Source: Escherichia coli
GTDB lineage: Bacteria; Pseudomonadota; Gammaproteobacteria; Enterobacterales; Enterobacteriaceae
Strand: one strand, 5' to 3'
Assembly: GCF_009931435.1 (NCBI RefSeq)
Contig: NZ_CP043414.1
DNA length: 64,000 nucleotides
This document shows, piece by piece, positions 34,069 through 44,519 of this stretch; positions within the stretch are counted from its first letter, which is position 1; the number at the start of each line of letters is the position of its first letter. The translations under genes were made by a program, and so were the position numbers. The notes beneath the pieces were generated by a model that saw only the letters and a program-made list of their open reading frames with translations, did no database searches and was not told the origin of the DNA.

Positions 34069-36006
34069 TCAGTAACGACGTCCCCATTCCGTGGCGCTCA
34101 TCAACGTTGGTTTATCCCCCATGAAATAGCGGTAGTAAGCGTCATAAGCCAGCACGTTCTTCACATAACCGCGCGTCTCAGAGAACGGAATACTCTCGAC
34201 AAATGCCACTGCGTCGATACGACCAGCGCTGTTGCCAAGCCAGGTGCGCACTCGTCCAGGTCCGGCGTTATAAGCTGCTGAGGCGAAAATACGGTTATTG
34301 CCAAACTGCTGATAAACATATTGCAGGTAACTGGTGCCGATGTTGATGTTCGTTTCCGGATCCAGCAATTGCCCAGGGCTGCTGTAGCCAGGAATAGAGA
34401 ACATCTTCACCGTATGGGTCGCCGTACCAGGCATAATCTGCATCAGCCCGCTGGCCCCTACCGGTGACTTCACTTTCGGATTCCAGGCGCTCTCCTGACG
34501 GGCAATCGCCATCGCATAGCTTTGCGGGATCTCCTTACCGCTGGTGTAACGTTTGAAAAAATCGTTGTAGGCCAGCGGGAATCGTTCTTCCAGATGATCC
34601 CACAACTTCCCGGCGATCGTCGCCTGAACGCTGAGATCCCACCATTGGTTGTTGAAAGCATACCGTGCCAGCTGTGCCTGCTCTGTTTTTGACTTGCTCT
34701 TCACCAGATTGGCCCACTCGCTACGCGCGGTGTTATCGAGATTCCAGTACATCAACTCGCGCACGCGCGCCATCTCCGGCCCCTGAGTCAGGGTGCTGTC
34801 AACATTCTGCGGCGCTTTATCAATCTTCAGCTCATACTCTTCGCCGATGCGCTGTGCAGCAACCATCGGGTAGAAACCACGCTGTTGCATGAGTTGATGC
34901 AGAATCTCTTTCGCTTCAGCTTCACGTCCGCGTTCCAGCAATAAATCGGCCTGCCAGTAACGCCATTCATCTTTCTCTTTCGCTTCCATCGGCAAACGCG
35001 CCAGCCAGGTATTCAGGCCACGCCGATCGCCAGTACCAAGCGCCATCCGCACTCGGCGTTCAATCAACGAGGTGGATTGCGAGCGCATAATGGCGTCATC
35101 GCGCCATTTCGCCTGCTCGTCGGTGACATCGTTGCCCATCAAACGCCAGGCGACGATATCGCGCAGTTCCTGAATCTGATCTTCATTAAGCTGCTGTGCC
35201 TGAGCAAGCGATGGAATCATCAGCCGTGCATTTTCAGCATCCTGCCGTGCCACGCTGGCAAACGCCACCGCCGCCATTTGACGGGTAAAATCGGTCGCAC
35301 CGGTTGTACGCGCGAAGGTCAGTACCGTATTAGGGTTGTTCGCCAGAGAAATAATCGCCGAGGCGATAGTCTGGTAATCAGCAGGCATCTGACCTGCCAG
35401 CACTGTCACCAGACCCGTGTTACCCGCTTTCATCGCCAGACGGATACGCTCTAAATACGCCAGCGGATCTTGTTTGCCTGACGCACGCCAGACACTAAAT
35501 AACTTGTCACAAGCGTTAGGCTGGCTCTTGCCGGTTAGCCACAACTCTTTCGCCCCTTGCCAGGCTTCTTCACTCTGCCCGGTGTTCCATTTCGCATAGT
35601 AGTAATTACATTGCGCTTCGGTAGTTCCGGGCTTTTCCGGGCTAAAGGCTAACAAGCCACGCCAGTCTTCACGCCGCGCCAGTTCATTGACGAAACGAGA
35701 TTGCAGCGTGCGAGCGGGAGGAAGCGTGGGGTTAGCGCGAACAAAGTTAGTGACCGTCACCGCCGGTTGATTCATCAGGTCATCGGTGATCTGACGGTAT
35801 TCCAGGTAGGGATAAAGCGGATAATCTTTCAGTCCAGGCATCATTTGTTCGACCACATCCATTTGTCGATTATCCCAGGCCTGCTTAATTTGCGCGTAAC
35901 GGCTACGCTGCTCATCCAGTGAGTCGGCTCGCGCCACGCTGCTGACCGTCAGCAGACAGACACCGACAGCCAACAGCCGCCAGGTAACGTGTTTGGCTTT
36001 TTCCAC
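34069..36006 (-). CDS. slt: soluble lytic murein transglycosylase Slt70
   Basis: 645 aa with signal peptide, superhelical repeats and C-terminal lysozyme-like domain (ESAWNPKVKSPVGASGLMQIMPGTA). Confidence 0.96.
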   Translation of the reverse strand: MEKAKHVTWRLLAVGVCLLTVSSVARADSLDEQRSRYAQIKQAWDNRQMDVVEQMMPGLKDYPLYPYLEYRQITDDLMNQPAVTVTNFVRANPTLPPARTLQSRFVNELARREDWRGLLAFSPEKPGTTEAQCNYYYAKWNTGQSEEAWQGAKELWLTGKSQPNACDKLFSVWRASGKQDPLAYLERIRLAMKAGNTGLVTVLAGQMPADYQTIASAIISLANNPNTVLTFARTTGATDFTRQMAAVAFASVARQDAENARLMIPSLAQAQQLNEDQIQELRDIVAWRLMGNDVTDEQAKWRDDAIMRSQSTSLIERRVRMALGTGDRRGLNTWLARLPMEAKEKDEWRYWQADLLLERGREAEAKEILHQLMQQRGFYPMVAAQRIGEEYELKIDKAPQNVDSTLTQGPEMARVRELMYWNLDNTARSEWANLVKSKSKTEQAQLARYAFNNQWWDLSVQATIAGKLWDHLEERFPLAYNDFFKRYTSGKEIPQSYAMAIARQESAWNPKVKSPVGASGLMQIMPGTATHTVKMFSIPGYSSPGQLLDPETNINIGTSYLQYVYQQFGNNRIFASAAYNAGPGRVRTWLGNSAGRIDAVAFVESIPFSETRGYVKNVLAYDAYYRYFMGDKPTLMSATEWGRRY

Positions 36007-36216
36007 AAGCGCATCCTCTAAGTGTCAATACATCAATGCAGCGTCATGCCGCGTAATAGATTTATGCTAACCAGTCATTGCCGTTTACGCCACGTTACGG
36101 ACACTTTTTTACTTTTACTGCGAGGGTGATCGACCGGCTGGGATTAGATAAGGAAACAGGCTACACTTCGCCTTTGAAAAATCATCATCACGATAAACAT
36201 AGAGGCGAAGTCCAAC

Positions 36217-37884
36217 GTGGCTCAATTCGTTTATACCATGCATCGTGTCGGCAAAGTTGTTCCGCCGAAACGTCATATTTTGAAAAACATCTCTCTGAGT
36301 TTCTTCCCTGGGGCAAAAATTGGTGTCCTGGGTCTGAACGGCGCGGGTAAGTCTACCCTGCTGCGCATTATGGCGGGCATTGATAAAGACATCGAAGGTG
36401 AAGCGCGTCCGCAACCGGATATCAAGATTGGTTACCTGCCGCAGGAACCTCAGCTGAACCCGGAACACACCGTGCGTGAGTCCATTGAAGAAGCGGTTTC
36501 TGAAGTGGTTAACGCTCTGAAACGTCTGGATGAAGTGTATGCGCTGTACGCCGATCCGGATGCCGATTTTGACAAGCTGGCCGCTGAACAAGGCCGTCTG
36601 GAAGAGATCATTCAGGCTCATGACGGTCATAACCTGAACGTTCAGCTGGAGCGTGCGGCGGATGCGCTGCGTCTGCCGGACTGGGACGCGAAAATCGCTA
36701 ACCTTTCCGGTGGTGAGCGTCGTCGCGTGGCGTTGTGCCGCCTGCTGTTGGAAAAACCAGACATGCTGCTGCTCGACGAACCGACCAACCACCTGGATGC
36801 CGAATCCGTAGCGTGGCTGGAACGCTTCCTGCACGACTTCGAGGGCACCGTGGTTGCGATTACCCACGACCGTTACTTCCTCGATAACGTTGCAGGCTGG
36901 ATCCTCGAACTTGACCGCGGTGAAGGTATTCCGTGGGAAGGTAACTACTCCTCCTGGCTGGAGCAGAAAGATCAGCGTCTGGCGCAGGAAGCTTCACAAG
37001 AAGCAGCGCGTCGTAAGTCGATCGAGAAAGAGCTGGAGTGGGTACGTCAGGGAACTAAAGGCCGTCAGTCGAAAGGTAAAGCACGTCTGGCGCGCTTTGA
37101 AGAGCTGAACAGCACCGAATATCAGAAACGTAACGAAACCAACGAACTGTTTATTCCACCTGGACCGCGTCTGGGCGATAAAGTGCTGGAAGTCAGCAAC
37201 CTGCGTAAATCTTACGGCGATCGTCTGCTGATTGATGATCTGAGCTTCTCGATCCCGAAAGGGGCGATCGTCGGGATCATCGGTCCGAACGGCGCGGGTA
37301 AATCAACCCTGTTCCGTATGATCTCTGGTCAGGAACAGCCAGACAGCGGCACCATCACTTTAGGTGAAACGGTGAAACTGGCATCTGTCGATCAGTTCCG
37401 TGACTCAATGGATAACAGCAAAACCGTTTGGGAAGAAGTTTCCGGCGGGCTGGATATCATGAAGATCGGTAACACCGAGATGCCAAGCCGCGCCTACGTT
37501 GGCCGCTTTAACTTTAAAGGGGTTGATCAGGGTAAACGCGTTGGCGAACTCTCCGGTGGTGAGCGTGGTCGTCTGCATCTGGCGAAGCTGCTGCAGGTTG
37601 GCGGCAACATGCTGCTGCTCGACGAACCGACCAACGACCTGGATATCGAAACCCTGCGTGCGCTGGAAAACGCCCTGCTGGAGTTCCCGGGCTGCGCGAT
37701 GGTTATCTCGCACGACCGTTGGTTCCTCGACCGTATCGCCACACACATTCTGGATTACCAGGATGAAGGTAAAGTTGAGTTCTTTGAAGGTAACTTTACC
37801 GAGTACGAAGAGTACAAGAAACGCACGCTGGGCGCAGACGCGCTGGAGCCGAAGCGTATCAAGTACAAGCGTATTGCGAAGTAA
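36217..37884 (+). CDS. ettA: energy-dependent translational throttle ABC-F protein EttA (YjjK)
   Basis: 555 aa, two ABC cassettes (GLNGAGKST / GPNGAGKST, LSGGERRR / LSGGERGR). Confidence 0.97.
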   Translation: MAQFVYTMHRVGKVVPPKRHILKNISLSFFPGAKIGVLGLNGAGKSTLLRIMAGIDKDIEGEARPQPDIKIGYLPQEPQLNPEHTVRESIEEAVSEVVNALKRLDEVYALYADPDADFDKLAAEQGRLEEIIQAHDGHNLNVQLERAADALRLPDWDAKIANLSGGERRRVALCRLLLEKPDMLLLDEPTNHLDAESVAWLERFLHDFEGTVVAITHDRYFLDNVAGWILELDRGEGIPWEGNYSSWLEQKDQRLAQEASQEAARRKSIEKELEWVRQGTKGRQSKGKARLARFEELNSTEYQKRNETNELFIPPGPRLGDKVLEVSNLRKSYGDRLLIDDLSFSIPKGAIVGIIGPNGAGKSTLFRMISGQEQPDSGTITLGETVKLASVDQFRDSMDNSKTVWEEVSGGLDIMKIGNTEMPSRAYVGRFNFKGVDQGKRVGELSGGERGRLHLAKLLQVGGNMLLLDEPTNDLDIETLRALENALLEFPGCAMVISHDRWFLDRIATHILDYQDEGKVEFFEGNFTEYEEYKKRTLGADALEPKRIKYKRIAK

Positions 37885-37894
37885 TGCATAAAAT

Positions 37895-37925
37895 GCCGGA
37901 TGCGGCGCGCCAGCATCGCATCCGG
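37895..37925. terminator. REP-like hairpin between convergent ettA and antitoxin gene
   Basis: gccggatgcg-N11-cgcatccggt inverted repeat. Confidence 0.5.
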
Positions 37926-37939
37926 TAATAGTTAAATGA

Positions 37940-38224
37940 TTAATGGGAGGCAAGTTCCCGGAAAAAGGCAGGATTTTCTTTAATTGTGGCAAGTACTTTT
38001 GCAGCCAATCCCGTAGGATTTCTTCGCTTCGATTCCCAGCTTTTAATGGTATCCACACTGGTTCCCAGAGCTTTTGCCATCTCACTTTGCGAAACGTTGA
38101 GTTGCTCACGAATAGCTTTAACATCCGCAATTTCGTAGCGGGTCACCCGTGCAGGTTCTTTTAAACCTTGTTTAATCTCGACAGCCTCTTCCAGAGAGGT
38201 TTTCAACTCATCAAAAAAACTCAT
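37940..38224 (-). CDS. HigA2-like XRE-family antitoxin
   Basis: 94 aa MSFFDELKTSLEEAVEIKQGL...IREQLNVSQSEMAKALGTSVDTIKSWESKRRNPTGLAAKVLATIKENP; C-terminal HTH; SD GGTGAGG; start 2 nt after toxin stop. Confidence 0.8.
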   Translation of the reverse strand: MSFFDELKTSLEEAVEIKQGLKEPARVTRYEIADVKAIREQLNVSQSEMAKALGTSVDTIKSWESKRRNPTGLAAKVLATIKENPAFFRELASH

Positions 38225-38225
38225 T

Positions 38226-38558
38226 TTATACCTCACCTTTGAGCAGTTTCGTCAACTTCTTTAGTTGAGCTTTTTCCGTATCTGTCAGACTGTCTTTGGC
38301 ATTCTTCGGATAGGCCATAATCAAATAAATAATCTCTTCCGTCGCCAGAAAGTAAATTATTCTGACACTACCACTTTTTCCCTGTGAACCCGCAGCCATT
38401 CGGACTTTACGCAATCCACCAGTCTGCTGAATGAGATCACCTTTATCGGGAGTTCCGATGAGTTCTTTTTGCAATTCCTTTAATTCATCATCGGTTGCAA
38501 TCTGCTTGATCTGACGCGTAAACATTGGCGTCTCTATAAATATTATCGCCTTGCCCAT
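38226..38558 (-). CDS. HigB2-like (RelE/ParE superfamily) toxin
   Basis: 110 aa MGKAIIFIETPMFTRQIKQIATDDELKELQKELIGTPDKGDLIQQTGGLRKVRMAAGSQGKSGSVRIIYFLATEEIIYLIMAYPKNAKDSLTDTEKAQLKKL; resembles Vibrio HigB-2; SD GGGAGGGG upstream. Confidence 0.8.
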   Translation of the reverse strand: MGKAIIFIETPMFTRQIKQIATDDELKELQKELIGTPDKGDLIQQTGGLRKVRMAAGSQGKSGSVRIIYFLATEEIIYLIMAYPKNAKDSLTDTEKAQLKKLTKLLKGEV

Positions 38559-38574
38559 TACCCCTCCCTGGCAG

Positions 38575-38607
38575 GTACATTGTACACCAAAATGGAGTAC
38601 TAAGTAC
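38575..38607 (-). promoter_or_regulatory. putative operator/promoter of the toxin-antitoxin pair
   Basis: Two GTAC-containing palindromes (GTACATTGTAC and GTACTAAGTAC) 20-50 bp upstream of the toxin start. Confidence 0.45.
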
Positions 38608-38649
38608 ACTTTTGAATCAGTAATATCACTCAACATCTTATAAAGATGA

Positions 38650-39882
38650 TTATCCCTGCTCCCCCATCATCTCCCGCACCAACTCCACGCAGCGCAGGAA
38701 ACGGCTGTCGTAATCGTCCTCTTCAACCCGCACAAATTCGATATTGTTCTCTTCCAGCATCTCCACCAGCAAGTTCTGGAACTCTTTGCGATCCACCGAA
38801 CTGCCGAGACTGCGTAAACCATCCGCCACCCACGGCGTGTTGTTCTCCAGCAGAATCACCAGATCAAAACGGTATTCATCGATCAGCGCCTGTACGAACG
38901 GATGCTCGCGCCCTTCGTACTTTTTGCAGAACGCCTGAGTTGTCACAAAATCGGTGTCGATAAACGCCACTTTATTGGCATATTTTACTGCAAAATCAAT
39001 ATATTGAGCGTGTCCAAGTGCGATTTTATCGTAGTCGGAATACTGCAATGCAATCTCATCGCCGCCAAGATGCGAAAAGACATAATCGCGACCATATTCC
39101 CATGCACTGGTAGTGTTGAAGATATTGGCAAGTTTGTTTACCAGGGTGGATTTACCGCTCGACTCGCCGCCGAGGATCGCCACGGTGCGCACAAAGAACG
39201 GCTTCACTTCGGTAGGAATATATTCCCAGTAGCGGAACGGATTTTCGCGGATCTGCGCACCACTGATACTCATAAAAGTACGTTTCGGATCGACCAACAC
39301 CGTTTCGATCCCCAGATGCTCCATATACTGCGGCGCGTCGGCTTCTTCCGAGGTGTAGATCAGATCCGGCTGGATCCCTTTTTCAGCCATAAACTTTTTG
39401 ATGCCGTTGCTCCACACATCCCAGCCATGCGGATACGGCTCCATGCCCTCTTCGTTGAAGGCATGAATGCGAATATTTTTCTGATATTTAAAAGTTTGCA
39501 ATAACCAGCGCAGACGATCCGGCACCGTGGGCTGCTGCGACATGGCGCTGTCTTCGAACAACGCGCGGTCGCGGGTATCGTCAAAGCCCATAATGATATG
39601 CAGCTCGTCAACCTGACTACAGGCACGCTGGATAAGGTAGATATGTCCGGTATGCAGCGGGTAAAACTTACCGAATACAACACCAATAGTTTTCTTCTGC
39701 CGGGGAAATTCAAGTCCCAAATAACGGTGCAACGCCTCCAGCTTTTGCGCGCTGGGGCTTTTAATTTTGGCATTCAGTAACTGGCTTAAATACCCTTTGG
39801 TCATACCGCTGGCATCAGCCACCTGCTGTAGCGTACAGCCCTGTTGCTTGATGGCAGTTTTCAGATAATCAAATGACGACAT
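38650..39882 (-). CDS. nadR: bifunctional NMN adenylyltransferase / ribosylnicotinamide kinase / repressor NadR
   Basis: 410 aa MSSFDYLKTAIKQQGCTLQQVADASGMTKGYLSQLLN; HTH plus nucleotidyltransferase plus P-loop kinase domains. Confidence 0.96.
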   Translation of the reverse strand: MSSFDYLKTAIKQQGCTLQQVADASGMTKGYLSQLLNAKIKSPSAQKLEALHRYLGLEFPRQKKTIGVVFGKFYPLHTGHIYLIQRACSQVDELHIIMGFDDTRDRALFEDSAMSQQPTVPDRLRWLLQTFKYQKNIRIHAFNEEGMEPYPHGWDVWSNGIKKFMAEKGIQPDLIYTSEEADAPQYMEHLGIETVLVDPKRTFMSISGAQIRENPFRYWEYIPTEVKPFFVRTVAILGGESSGKSTLVNKLANIFNTTSAWEYGRDYVFSHLGGDEIALQYSDYDKIALGHAQYIDFAVKYANKVAFIDTDFVTTQAFCKKYEGREHPFVQALIDEYRFDLVILLENNTPWVADGLRSLGSSVDRKEFQNLLVEMLEENNIEFVRVEEDDYDSRFLRCVELVREMMGEQG

Positions 39883-39902
39883 ATCTCCCTCCGTATCTCT
39901 CA

Positions 39903-41285
39903 TTATAAGTCGTCGAACACGCTAAGCGCGTCGGAGAGTTTTTTAACGCCAAAAATCTGCATCCCTTCCGGCGCTTTTTTCGGCACGTTGGCTGCCGGAA
40001 CAATCGCCCGCCGAAAACCATGTTTCGCCGCTTCAGAAATCCGCTCCTGGCCGCTGGGCACCGGGCGGATCTCCCCTGCCAGCCCGACTTCACCAAACAC
40101 CACCAGATCCTGCGGTAGCGGTCTGTCGCGCAGGCTGGAAACCATCGCCAGTAGTAACGCTAAATCGGCACTGGTTTCCGTCACCTTCACGCCGCCGACC
40201 ACGTTCACAAATACATCCTGATCGGCCATTTGCAGACCACCGTGACGGTGCAACACCGCCAGCAGGATCGCCAAACGGTTTTGCTCCAGCCCCACTGCCA
40301 CGCGGCGCGGATTCGCCATCATCGAGTGATCGACCAGCGCCTGGATCTCCACCAGCAGCGGACGAGTTCCTTCCCACACCACCATCACTGAGCTGCCGGA
40401 GGTCACTTCATCGCCGCGACTTAAGAAAATTGCCGAAGGGTTACTGACTTCACGCAGCCCCTGCTCGGTCATCGCAAATACGCCCAGTTCATTTACCGCG
40501 CCGAAGCGGTTTTTATGGCTGCGCAGGGTGCGGAAACGGGAGTCGGCATCGCCGTCCAGAAGCACCGAGCAGTCGATACAGTGTTCCAGCACTTTAGGGC
40601 CTGCCAGCGAACCATCTTTGGTTACGTGCCCCACCATGACAATCGCCACACCGCGCGTTTTGGCGAAGCGCGTCAGATAAGCCGCCGTTTCACGCACCTG
40701 TGCCACGCTGCCAGGCGATGATTGTACATCCGCCATATGCATCACCTGGATGGAGTCAATGACCATCAGCTTCGGTTGCTCTTCTTCGGCAATCAGGCAG
40801 ATCTGTTCGATGCTGGTTTCCGACAACATATTGAGATTGTCAGTCGGCAGGCCGAGGCGATGAGCGCGCATTGCCACCTGTTGCAGCGACTCTTCGCCAG
40901 TGACATATAGCGTTTTCATCTGCTGCGCCAGTTTGCACAGCGTTTGCAGTAGCAGCGTGGATTTCCCGGCTCCTGGGTTACCGCCAATCAGAATAGCGCT
41001 TCCTGGCACTACGCCACCGCCTAATACGCGGTCGAACTCTTTAAATCCGGTGGAAAAACGCGGCAACTCCTCAAGGCTGATATCGGAGAGTTTCTGGACT
41101 TTTGCCACCCCGGCGCTACCGGCATAGCCACTGAGACGCTCGTTACGCGCCACCGTTGGCGACGCAGCAAGACGCACCTCGGTGATGGTGTTCCAGGCAT
41201 GGCAGGCGCTGCACTGCCCCTGCCAGCGCGGATAATCGGCCCCGCATTCATTACAAACAAAGGCGCGTTTTGGAGCTTTTGCCAC
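39903..41285 (-). CDS. radA: DNA repair protein RadA (Sms)
   Basis: 460 aa from GTG; C4 zinc finger (FVCNECGADYPRWQGQCSACHAWN), Walker A GGNPGAGKST, Lon-like C-terminus. Confidence 0.96.
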   Translation of the reverse strand: MAKAPKRAFVCNECGADYPRWQGQCSACHAWNTITEVRLAASPTVARNERLSGYAGSAGVAKVQKLSDISLEELPRFSTGFKEFDRVLGGGVVPGSAILIGGNPGAGKSTLLLQTLCKLAQQMKTLYVTGEESLQQVAMRAHRLGLPTDNLNMLSETSIEQICLIAEEEQPKLMVIDSIQVMHMADVQSSPGSVAQVRETAAYLTRFAKTRGVAIVMVGHVTKDGSLAGPKVLEHCIDCSVLLDGDADSRFRTLRSHKNRFGAVNELGVFAMTEQGLREVSNPSAIFLSRGDEVTSGSSVMVVWEGTRPLLVEIQALVDHSMMANPRRVAVGLEQNRLAILLAVLHRHGGLQMADQDVFVNVVGGVKVTETSADLALLLAMVSSLRDRPLPQDLVVFGEVGLAGEIRPVPSGQERISEAAKHGFRRAIVPAANVPKKAPEGMQIFGVKKLSDALSVFDDL

Positions 41286-41333
41286 GGTGTACCTCGTTAA
41301 TACTGTGCCGCCCGCAGGATGACGGGCGGACAA

Positions 41334-42302
41334 TTACTTCTGATTCAGGCTGCCAGAGAGGATGCAGAATACCCCCATCAGGTCAGCGTGACGGATGGTG
41401 ACTTCCGTCTTTTCATTCACTTTTGGCTTGGCATGGTAGGCAATCCCCAGACCTGCCGCTTTGATCATCGGCAGGTCGTTGGCACCATCGCCAATCGCCA
41501 CGGTTTGCGCCAGCGGGATTTCATACTCCTGCGCCAGGCGGGTAAGGGTTTTCGCTTTATACTGAGCGTCTACAATGTCGCCAATCACATTACCGGTAAA
41601 TTTACCGTCCATGATCTCCAGTTCATTGGCTACTACGGCGGTCAGGCGCAGCTTATCGCGCAGGTATTCGGCAAAGAAGGTAAAACCGCCGGAGGCAATC
41701 GCCACTTTCCAGCCCAGCGTTTCCAGTTTGAGTACCAGCTGCGTTAAGCCTGGCATCAGCGGCAGATTTTCCCGCACCTGTTGCAGAATGTTCGCGTCAG
41801 CGCCTTTCAGCGTCGCCACGCGGCTGCGCAGGCTGGCGGTAAAATCGAGTTCGCCGCGCATCGCCCGCTCGGTTACTTCCGCCACCATCTCGCCGGTTCC
41901 GGCCAGTTTGGCAATTTCGTCAATACATTCAATCTGAATGGCGGTGGAATCCATGTCCATCACCAGCAGACCTGGCGTGCGCAGATGCGGAATTTTCCCC
42001 AGCGGCGCGACATCCAGTTGTGCTTCATGGGCCAGGCGCGTAGCCCGGGCGGTAAGCGAACCTGCCAGACGAATCACCTGATAATCTTCCACGCACCAGG
42101 CGGCAACAATCACCATCGCCGCGCCCAGTTTGCTTTGGTACTGGGTCAGACGTTGTTTATCCAGCCCACGACCATACAGCAGCCAGCCGCTACGACCTGC
42201 GTGGTAATCCAGTGGCATCACTTCATCACCACTTAATGAAAGAGGCAGACCAGGCCATAAAGAGACATCTTCAGGCAGGTCGCACCAGGTAATGTTAGGC
42301 AT
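41334..42302 (-). CDS. serB: phosphoserine phosphatase
   Basis: 322 aa MPNITWCDLPEDVSLWPGLPLSLSGDEV; HAD motif DMDSTAI. Confidence 0.96.
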   Translation of the reverse strand: MPNITWCDLPEDVSLWPGLPLSLSGDEVMPLDYHAGRSGWLLYGRGLDKQRLTQYQSKLGAAMVIVAAWCVEDYQVIRLAGSLTARATRLAHEAQLDVAPLGKIPHLRTPGLLVMDMDSTAIQIECIDEIAKLAGTGEMVAEVTERAMRGELDFTASLRSRVATLKGADANILQQVRENLPLMPGLTQLVLKLETLGWKVAIASGGFTFFAEYLRDKLRLTAVVANELEIMDGKFTGNVIGDIVDAQYKAKTLTRLAQEYEIPLAQTVAIGDGANDLPMIKAAGLGIAYHAKPKVNEKTEVTIRHADLMGVFCILSGSLNQK

Positions 42303-42407
42303 TAAGGCTCCTGTAAAATCGTTCGAAGCAGGGAAAATAACGCATGAGGCTACCTTGTATCCATTGCTTCTGGCAACATTAAGTCTCAAATTTTCAAAGG
42401 GTGGAAG

Positions 42408-43052
42408 ATGGCTCGCACAAAACTGAAATTCCGGCTGCATCGGGCAGTGATTGTCCTGTTCTGTCTTGCCTTGTTAGTGGCGCTGATGCAGGGGGCATCA
42501 TGGTTTAGTCAAAACCACCAGCGACAGCGTAATCCACAGCTGGAAGAACTGGCCCGCACCCTGGCGCGGCAGGTAACGCTGAACGTTGCGCCGCTGATGC
42601 GCACCGACTCGCCGGATGAAAAACGTATTCAGGCGATCCTCGATCAGTTAACGGATGAAAGCCGCATCCTCGACGCGGGCGTGTATGACGAACAAGGCGA
42701 TCTTATCGCCCGTTCTGGCGAAAGCGTCGAAGTGCGTGACCGGCTGGCGCTCGACGGTAAAAAAGCGGGCGGCTATTTTAACCAGCAGATTGTCGAACCC
42801 ATTGCAGGGAAAAATGGTCCGCTTGGCTATCTGCGCCTGACGCTCGACACCCATACGCTCGCCACCGAAGCTCAACAGGTGGATAACACCACTAACATTT
42901 TACGCCTGATGTTGTTGCTCTCGCTGGCAATCGGCGTGGTGCTGACCCGCACGCTGCTACAGGGTAAACGCACCCGCTGGCAGCAATCCCCCTTCCTGTT
43001 AACCGCCAGCAAACCGGTGCCGGAAGAGGAAGAAAGCGAGAAAAAAGAGTGA
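42408..43052 (+). CDS. ytjB: membrane protein YtjB (Smp)
   Basis: 214 aa MARTKLKFRLHRAVIVLFCLALLVALMQGASWF. Confidence 0.9.
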   Translation: MARTKLKFRLHRAVIVLFCLALLVALMQGASWFSQNHQRQRNPQLEELARTLARQVTLNVAPLMRTDSPDEKRIQAILDQLTDESRILDAGVYDEQGDLIARSGESVEVRDRLALDGKKAGGYFNQQIVEPIAGKNGPLGYLRLTLDTHTLATEAQQVDNTTNILRLMLLLSLAIGVVLTRTLLQGKRTRWQQSPFLLTASKPVPEEEESEKKE

Positions 43053-43079
43053 CCCATTACTACAAGAAAGGAAATCGTT

Positions 43080-44096
43080 ATGTCCACATTACGCCTGCTC
43101 ATCTCTGACTCTTACGATCCGTGGTTTAACCTTGCGGTGGAAGAGTGTATTTTTCGCCAGATGCCCGCCACGCAGCGCGTTCTGTTTCTCTGGCGCAATG
43201 CTGACACCGTGGTGATTGGTCGCGCGCAGAACCCGTGGAAAGAGTGTAATACCCGGCGGATGGAAGAAGATAACGTTCGCCTGGCGCGGCGCAGTAGCGG
43301 TGGCGGCGCGGTGTTCCACGATCTCGGCAATACCTGTTTTACCTTCATGGCTGGCAAGCCGGAATACGATAAAACGATCTCCACCTCGATTGTGCTCAAT
43401 GCACTGAACGCGCTCGGTGTCAGCGCCGAAGCGTCCGGACGTAACGATTTGGTGGTGAAAACCGCCGAAGGCGACCGTAAAGTCTCAGGCTCGGCCTATC
43501 GCGAAACCAAAGATCGTGGCTTCCATCACGGCACCTTGCTACTCAATGCCGACCTTAGCCGCCTGGCAAACTATCTCAACCCGGATAAAAAGAAACTGGC
43601 GGCGAAAGGCATTACGTCGGTACGTTCCCGCGTGACCAATCTGACCGAATTGCTGCCGGGAATTACCCATGAGCAGGTTTGCGAAGCCATAACCGAGGCC
43701 TTTTTCGCCCATTATGGCGAGCGTGTAGAAGCGGAAATTATCTCCCCGGACAAAACGCCGGACTTGCCGAACTTCGCCGAAACCTTTGCCCGCCAGAGTA
43801 GCTGGGAATGGAATTTCGGACAGGCTCCAGCGTTCTCGCATCTGCTGGATGAACGCTTTACCTGGGGCGGCGTAGAACTGCATTTCGACGTCGAAAAAGG
43901 CCATATCACCCGCGCCCAGGTGTTTACCGATAGCCTCAACCCCGCACCTCTGGAAGCTCTCGCCGGACGACTGCAAGGCTGCCTGTACCGCGCTGACATG
44001 CTGCAACAAGAGTGTGAAGCGCTGTTGGTTGACTTCCCTGAACAGGAAAAAGAGCTACGGGAGTTGTCGACGTGGATAGCGGGAGCGGTACGGTAA
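43080..44096 (+). CDS. lplA: lipoate-protein ligase A
   Basis: 338 aa [57 protein letters not shown]. Confidence 0.96.
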   Translation: MSTLRLLISDSYDPWFNLAVEECIFRQMPATQRVLFLWRNADTVVIGRAQNPWKECNTRRMEEDNVRLARRSSGGGAVFHDLGNTCFTFMAGKPEYDKTISTSIVLNALNALGVSAEASGRNDLVVKTAEGDRKVSGSAYRETKDRGFHHGTLLLNADLSRLANYLNPDKKKLAAKGITSVRSRVTNLTELLPGITHEQVCEAITEAFFAHYGERVEAEIISPDKTPDLPNFAETFARQSSWEWNFGQAPAFSHLLDERFTWGGVELHFDVEKGHITRAQVFTDSLNPAPLEALAGRLQGCLYRADMLQQECEALLVDFPEQEKELRELSTWIAGAVR

Positions 44097-44127
44097 CTCG
44101 CTGATTAAAATATCCAGGGAAGGAAAT

Positions 44128-44391
44128 ATGATCGATTTGAAGAACCAGGAACGGGAGATTATCAATTTAATGTTCAGCCAGGGTATATCCTGACTAACCG
44201 CCGTGCGTATCAGGCATAAACTATCACTTGCTGAAGTTAGTAAAATGTTGGGTATCTCGATTAATTCTCTAAAACAAATCGAAAAGACGGAACGGCTTAG
44301 TTCAAACATCAAAAACAAAATGGCAGGAATTTATGGTTGTCCGCCAGAGTTGCTGATATGCCCTTACTGGATGACGGCTGAACATAAATGA
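44128..44391 (+). pseudogene. short XRE-type HTH ORF interrupted by an in-frame TGA; occupies the position of yjjJ in K-12
   Basis: ATG at 44128 with strong SD (GGGAAGGA); frame reads MIDLKNQEREIINLMFSQGIS-TGA-LTAVRIRHKLSLAEVSKMLGISINSLKQIEKTERLSS...; TGA at 44191-44193; HTH-like helix pattern. Confidence 0.4.
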
Positions 44392-44489
44392 ATAGATTCG
44401 TGAATAGATACTCGAATGGATTTAATTTTCTATCTATATGAAAAATAATAGTAAATCTATAAATCAGTCGCTATTGATGAATAGATACT

Positions 44490-44519
44490 AAAAAGCCGGA
44501 GCGGTCTCCCGCTCCGGCT
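44490..44519 (-). terminator. deoD rho-independent terminator
   Basis: agccggagcgg-tctc-ccgctccggct hairpin followed on the minus strand by a U-run. Confidence 0.75.

Noticed and set aside
36115-36867. 250-aa minus-strand ORF overlapping the 5' end of ettA
   Set aside because: Antisense to a well-supported ABC-F gene and extends into the intergenic region without a plausible RBS; Arg/Gln-rich composition typical of a reverse-frame artefact.
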